Origin: Eledone cirrhosa
Taxonomy: Eukaryota
Reading direction: 5' to 3'
NCBI GenBank assembly: GCA_964016885.1
Contig: OZ024742.1
Span: 279,062,001-279,126,000, forward strand
DNA: 64,000 nt
In this document: one piece after another, positions 57,320-64,000 of the stretch
Numbering within the stretch: the stretch's first letter is position 1
Layout: every line of letters begins with the position of its first letter
Made by a program: the position numbers and the translations under genes
The notes under the pieces: model-generated
What the model saw: the letters and a program-made list of their open reading frames with translations, nothing else
Databases searched by the model: none
What the model was told of the DNA's origin: nothing

Positions 57320-60300
57320 TACCGGGATGGTGGCCGGGGGGAATAGCCGTGTCTCTAGGGGAGGACGACCCCTCTAGTCTTCGTTGACACTCGTCCTAGG
57401 AGTGGTAACACGAAATGATTACCCCTTGGCGGTTAAGGATAAAACGCAACAAAATAAAGCCAATGTCAAGTGATAAAATCTCATACCGGATCGGCCGTCA
57501 CCCGGGTCAAAAAGGGCCGCGTCCCTCAGAGAGGAACCAGACTAGGGTCGAAAAATCAGCTAATGGTTCAAACCTTCCCATCAATTCGGAGCTGGAGACC
57601 TCCCATAACCGGAATACTCCTACTGTTGGCCCTCCATGATCACCACCAAGAAATCCAAAGAAAAAGAGAGAGAAATGATAAAGGAAAACAATAAAGACGT
57701 CCTTGAGGCTTTCTACACTGCCATCACATAGATCGAATACAGAACAAACATATATCAACTGGAAAAAGAAACATCTCGAACACAGAGGCTATATTGACAT
57801 TTTAAACTAGCCAATATACGAAGAAATATTGTTAAAAAAAAGTTACTAACTGATATAGAAATTGATCAGATCAAGCTATTAGCAGAAAGTCAGCGAAGGG
57901 AAAATGAAACATGTGTCAGTGAAAACGAGGTAAACTGTAACACATCGAACCCAAGGTTTGGGGCGGAATAACTGAATAACTGAGAGCAGAACAAATTAAA
58001 GAAAAGATCGAAAAAGTGGAAGGAGAGCATGCTCAAGATGAAACTCAAAATTAAAACAATGAGATCGTAAATGATAAAGATATGAATGAGAATGGACTTG
58101 CCAACTTGAAGAATGAAATTATGATCGAATGGATGAAAATGAAAGAGTCTGACATGGGGGAACGAGACACTCTCCCGAAGATCCAGAACTCTAAACAGAA
58201 CCAAAGGATAATACACAAGACGAACATAATTCTCAAAAACATTATCATCACAAAGAAACTAAACATTACTGATCTAAATCATTTATATTATGCATCGGCT
58301 AAAGTCACCACTCACTTATGTGGAGTGAAAATGAAAAAACAAAGTTATTCCCACAAGAAACCTACTTGTCAAGAGAACATCAATCGCCAAATAAACCTTC
58401 TCCGATCTGACAGAAATTTTAACAAACTACAAAGTAGGTGAACATGTTAAACAAACTAAACTTTGAAAATTGAAAAGAAAATACAGTATAAAATCAACAA
58501 GTGACATAGACATGCTGATAGAAATAATCAAGCAAAAAGTGTCGGCCAAAGCTGCTCGTATAAGGCGCTTTGAAAAACGATCTAGATTCTATAAGGACAA
58601 TAATTTGTTAAAAAACAACCAAAGAAACTTCTACAGAAATGTTGGCAAGTCAATAATAACTGCTAAATCAATACCACCCAAGGAGGAAGTGCAAGAATTC
58701 TGGGAAAAGATCTGGGCCGAAGAAAATGTTCATAATATACATGCCCCATGGATAGACAGACAATTGAAAGATACAGCTCATCTTGAGGAACAAATATGGG
58801 AACATATAACAGTTGAACAGTTGCGTTTGGCTCTTAGAAAAACCAGCATATGGAAATCCCTAGGAAAAGACAAAATACCAATTTTGGGGATAAATGTCTT
58901 CAGAGCCTCATGAGCTGTTAGCCCAACTTTACAATGAAATGGTTAAGGAGCCAGAAAAGATACCATCATGGCTAGTTAACGTCATTACATTCCTGCTTCC
59001 GAAGAATTATGACGCAAACAATCACAAAAATTACAGACCGATAACTTGCCTGACAACAATGTATGACATTTTAACAGTAATCCTAACTGAATATACATAT
59101 GATCACCTGATAACAAATAATCTATTTCCCAATGAGCAGAAAGGGTGTAAACGAGGCTCATATCGCTGTAAGGATCAGCTTTTGGTTAACTAAGTGATAC
59201 TGGAAGATTGTCATAATAGACACAAAAATCTATCAATTACTTGGATAGATTACAAAAAAGCATTTGATAGTTTGCCACACAGTTGTATTGAAAAATGTTT
59301 AGAGATTTTCAAAATATATCCCGTTGTCAGGAGATTCCTGTCATTCAGCATGGAAAACGACACTCCTTTTGAATAGTAAAAAAAAATCACTGGAAGCTGG
59401 AAAGTTAATATTAATTGTTGAATTTTTCAGGTTGACTCTTTATCACCGCTTTTATTCAGCATCGCACTTATACCATTAAGTGAAATGCTCAATGAAACAA
59501 AACATGCATATAACGTTTATGACAAAACCATTATTCACTTGTTCTACATGGATGACCTGATACTATTTGCAAAAAAATGATGAGCAATTGCAAGTGCTAT
59601 TATCCACTGTGGAGCAGTTCAGTGATGACATTAAAATGAAGTTTAGACTAGATAAATGCGCAAACAACGTTCACCAGGGTAAAGATGTTGAAAACTTCAG
59701 AGATTAATCTTGATCGGAGGAATGTGATAAGAGAACTTGATCAAGAGTTAAATTACAAATATCTAGGTGTTTCTGAAGGAGACGGATTCAAGCAGTGGAC
59801 AATGAGGGAAATGATAAGGAAGGAATGTTACCGCAGAGTAAGAACAATCTTAAGAACGGAATTGAATCCAAGGAACAGGATCGATGCCATAAACACGCTT
59901 GCCATACCAGTAGTAACCTACAGTTACAATGTCATCAACTGGTCAAGCACAGAGATCCGTAGGCTTGATACAAAAATTAGAAAATTCTTAACCATGCACA
60001 GAATGCATCACCCTAAGGCAGATACAGATACAATATATCTCCCCGGGAAAGAAGGAGGATGTGGGTTAATCCAATTAGATATTGCGTTGAAAACTGCAAC
60101 AATTGGATCATCTACATATCTAAGGGAATCACATGATTGGATGATGAAAGTCGTTTTGAAACACGAAAGCATCAAAAGAACATACTCCATTACAAAAGAT
60201 GCACAACGATACGGTAATGGACTACAAATTTCAGAAGTTCCATTTACTGCTGAAATGAAAATAACAGAAAAAGCAAAGCAGGTAAAAGTCACTGCAAAGA

Positions 60301-61174
60301 AAGAAATGGCAAGAAAAGCTTCTGTATGGAAAATACCCTGAAAGAGCTAAAAATCCTGATGTTGACAAAACTTTAACCCATCAGTGGTTGGCATCCTCTG
60401 GACTGAAATCGGAGACTGAAGGACTAATTATATCAGCACAAGATCAGTGTCTGCCAACAAAAAATTACAAAGCCAACAATAAAAAATGGATGCAACCCAT
60501 TATGCCGTGGATGTAAAAAACAACCAGAGACCATTGATCATATAATTTCAATATGCAGTTCTATACCTCCAACCGAATACCTACACAGGCACGACAGAAC
60601 TGCCCAATACATACATTGGATAATGTATAAGCATTTTGAATTGCCCCATAAAAAGAATTGGCGGGCGCATCAACCACTTCCCGTACTTGAAAAAGATCAC
60701 ATCCAATCTTGTGGAACTTTAGCATCCAAACAGACTGACAAATAGATGCAAATAGACCTGCTGTAATACCTTAGAAAGAGGGTATGCCTACTAATTGAGA
60801 TGTCCGTTCCAATAGACAAGAATGTATCTATAAAATCATTTGAAAAATTGAGCAAGTATAAGGACTTGGAGATAGAAATTGAAAAAATGTGGAAATTGAG
60901 AACTAAAACAATACCAGTGTTTTTAGGCACTCTAAGGGTCTAATGATTACTTATCGCAAATCCTAGGAAACTCGCGTATAGGAGAAATACAAAAGAAAGT
61001 ACTAATAGGAACTTCCCATATACTATGGAAGATTATGTCAATATAAGTACATATCAAGTCTAAACACCTAAAGATGCATGTCTGTGTATGTATGTTCTTC
61101 TTGTTGTCTCTTGAGGTCACTGGTTGTGACTTGGTGATAACTCGTATGGACATAAAGCAAGATAAATGCAACTG
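57320..61174 (+). mobile_element. R4/Dong-like RLE LINE, family A, near full length, multiply disrupted
   Basis: GC-rich 5' UTR, N-terminal region, NYRPITCL, WIDYKKAFDSLPHS, FYMDDL, zinc finger/RLE region, (TAA)n tail; closely similar to 38823-41765. Confidence 0.92.
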
Positions 61175-61379
61175 TAATAATAATAATAATAATAATAATA
61201 ATGAAATTATTGTGTACAGTGCTCAGGTGCACTACAACTCGTCAAAGGTGAATGTATAGTACATAGAATAATATACAAATGTCAGGGAAGTAAATAGTGT
61301 GAGTCATGATATACATGTGTGCGTGTGTATGGAGGGGGAATATTAGGTGTAGTGTTGGCGAATCTTAGTAAGCATGGAG

Positions 61380-61384
<5 letters not shown>
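61175..61384 (-). mobile_element. CR1-like 3' remnant, copy of 38620-38822
   Basis: Near-identical reverse complement of 38620-38822. Confidence 0.6.
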
Positions 61385-61459
<75 letters not shown>

Positions 61460-61499
61460 AATATATATATATGTTGGGGGGAGGGGGTATATATATATA

Positions 61500-61572
<73 letters not shown>

Positions 61573-61573
61573 C

Positions 61574-61631
<58 letters not shown>

Positions 61632-61674
61632 TACTGTAATAATAATAAATGCAACTGTAATAATAATAATAATA

Positions 61675-61781
61675 ATGTTTTCTTTATTAACCACAAGGGT
61701 TTACATAAAGTAGACATTAAGGACAGTACAGGACAATACAGGACGGTACAAAAGGGCATTTCTGCGTGTAAAAAAAACAGA
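61675..61781 (-). repeat. Duplicate of the Tx1 element's terminal ~105 bp
   Basis: aatgttttctttattaaccacaaggg...gtaaaaaaaacag also at 62295-62400. Confidence 0.9.
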
Positions 61782-61877
61782 GGTTGAAATAAAATAACAA
61801 TAATAATAATAAATAAATAAATAATAAATAAATAAATAACATAACGATAATAATAAAATAATAATAATAATAATAAT

Positions 61878-62257
61878 ATTGTGGACAAAGAAAAAAGATC
61901 GTGCCTGATTGTGGATGTGGCCTGACCATTCGACATGAGAGTGCAAGAGAAGGAGAGGGAGACAATTAACCGATACCAGGACCTAAAGTGGGAGGTAAAA
62001 AGGATTTGGAACTGCCATGAAGTCAAAGTGGTCCCGATTGTCATAGGCGCACTGGGGACTATCTCCAAAAGTTTCCAGGGATGGTTAAAGAAAATTGGCC
62101 CCTTCACGCTTTTTGGAACGCTTCAAAAGGCATGCTCGCTGGGAACAGCAAGAACCATCCGATACGTCCTGAATATCTTAGGCTGCAGGTAGTGGCTTGA
62201 TATTTATTTCAACAAACTTTCCTGTTAACTAACATCAATGACTGAGACTCAAAGAAC

Positions 62258-62258
<1 letters not shown>
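61878..62258 (+). mobile_element. R4/Dong-like family B 3' fragment
   Basis: [18 protein letters not shown]...[12 protein letters not shown]...LGTARTIRYVLNI; (TAA)n on both sides. Confidence 0.92.
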
Positions 62259-62293
<35 letters not shown>

Positions 62294-62294
62294 A

Positions 62295-64000
62295 ATGTTT
62301 TCTTTATTAACCACAAGGGTTTACATAAAGTAGACATTAAGGACAGTACAGGACAATACAGGACGGTACAAATGGACATTTCTGCGTGTAAAAAAAACAG
62401 AAAAATTTCCCAATAGGGGGGAGACTTCCAGGGGACATTTGTAGAGAAAGCCCATTAAAAGACCACAGTGACCCTGACCACCAGGGCAAGTGCCCTCTCC
62501 CAGTTTTCCACCTTTAATTTACAGACACATACTCAAAGTAGGCCCATTCACTCGGGCCATACTTGTTTCTCTCACCCATCTTTCAACAAAATGCTGGGAA
62601 GAGAGCACTTCCCTCTCTACCCTGATTTTCCTTTTCAAATGAAATTTGAAAAAGTTAATCAGGGCATCACCGAAGAGGTAAGTGCTCGTCTTCAGCCCTT
62701 TCAAACGTGTCCACCATACTATCTCCTTCGCCATGGCCACCAGACAGATAAAAACTGCCTGCCCTTCCCGGCTAAAGGAAGAGGGCGGGGCAATCCTCAC
62801 GATGGACTCAGCTGATAGCTGGATCCGTCCTACACGTGACAACTCATGTTCGACATAAACCCACAATTCAGCAATGCTCGGACACTGGACGAGTGCGTGC
62901 AGGCCGGTTTCCTCGCCCTGCGCGCATCTCGGACATGCTCGGCTGACGGCACCTCCATGCCTGTAGAGTTTATCCCGAACTGGCAAAGCTCCTCGGTAGC
63001 ACTGCCAGGCCAGGGATTTCTGGAAGTTGTCCATAGGCCCCGGCCCGAAAGTCCTTCCGAAGAGATTGGCTAGTTGATTTTCGTCGACGCCTAGAGTTTC
63101 TCCAAGTACGTCGTCGCTCTTCCCCTCCACTAATTATCTATATAACGCCAAGGTGGAGTTTCCACCGATCACATTGCCCGATTGGTCGAGGGCTGTGAGC
63201 GCCTGAAAACGTTCCAGTCTCCAAGCGCTCCCTCTCGGTTTTCGCTTGACCCAGGACTGCAGCTCCGTCAAGGAAACGAGCTGGCGAAAGACGTGTCTAG
63301 CAAACGGCGACCGCACCTGATCATCATCGAGGAAGAGGTGGAGATGTCGTAGCCTGAGCGCGTGTCTGCGCATCATCAGCCACGGCAATCCCAGCCCTCC
63401 ACGTAGCGGGTGTTGACAGCAGATGGACCGCCTGACCATCGGAGCGCGTACCTTCCACAAAAAGCGAAAGAGAAAACGCTCCAGCGCAGTCAGGCGAGGC
63501 TTAAGACAAGGTACAACGGTCAGGCGGTAGCAGATGACAGACGCGATGTACGCGTTAGCCACCTCCGCTCGACCTTTCAGGGATAGCTTCCTCTCGGCCC
63601 ATTTCTGGGTGAGAGAAGCCACCCTGCTCGTCACCCCGTCCCAGTTTTTGTCCGTCTGGAGGTCCGGACCGAACCAGACCCCTAGCAATTTAACCGGTCC
63701 GTCCGTCCAGCGCCCGACGACGCTGTTGCACGGCATGGACCTGCCTCTCCAGGTGCCGAGCTGCAGGCCCACTGACTTTTCCTGGTTGATCATTGCTCCT
63801 GTCACCGCTTCGTATTCTCTTAGTGTAGTGCCGATCGCCTCGATGTGTTTGGCGTTCGACACCACTACGGTGATATCTTCCGCATATGCTGACACGGATC
63901 TTCCGCATCCTAGTTCGCGAAGGACCCCCCTCAACGTCTCCAGTTTGTGCAGTAATGGCTCGAGAGTCAAAACGTACAAGAGGGACGAGAGGGGTATCCT
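62295..64000 (-). mobile_element. L1/Tx1-group LINE, 3' part (continues beyond window)
   Basis: PLSSLLYVLTLEPLL, SAYAEDITV, KLLGVWFG, LSLKGRAEV, GGLGLP, CPRC..EETGLHALVQCP zinc finger; aataaa then (ATT)n tail. Confidence 0.93.

Overview
AT-rich eukaryotic (animal) repeat-dominated DNA with no recognisable host protein-coding gene. The SINE families and microsatellite load resemble coleoid cephalopod genomes (inference). Most ORF-track entries are microsatellite artefacts (YI/HT/CV runs). The real coding remnants are decayed retrotransposons: Penelope-like elements (PLE; RT + GIY-YIG), CR1, RTE, two R4/Dong-like RLE families sitting in (TAA)n tracts, and a Tx1/L1 element. There are also many tRNA-derived SINEs, a hAT-type MITE and a candidate Helitron 3' end. 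The main hidden signal is RNA-level. At least nine minimal type I hammerhead ribozyme motifs with an intact core, plus several decayed ones, belong to about seven unrelated repeat families, most with their own palindromic stem III. Three of them punctuate a head-to-tail 432-bp structured tandem array (24802-25957), the architecture of a metazoan non-LTR retrozyme able to release 432-nt linear or circular RNAs. All calls were made by eye and coordinates of decayed repeats are approximate.
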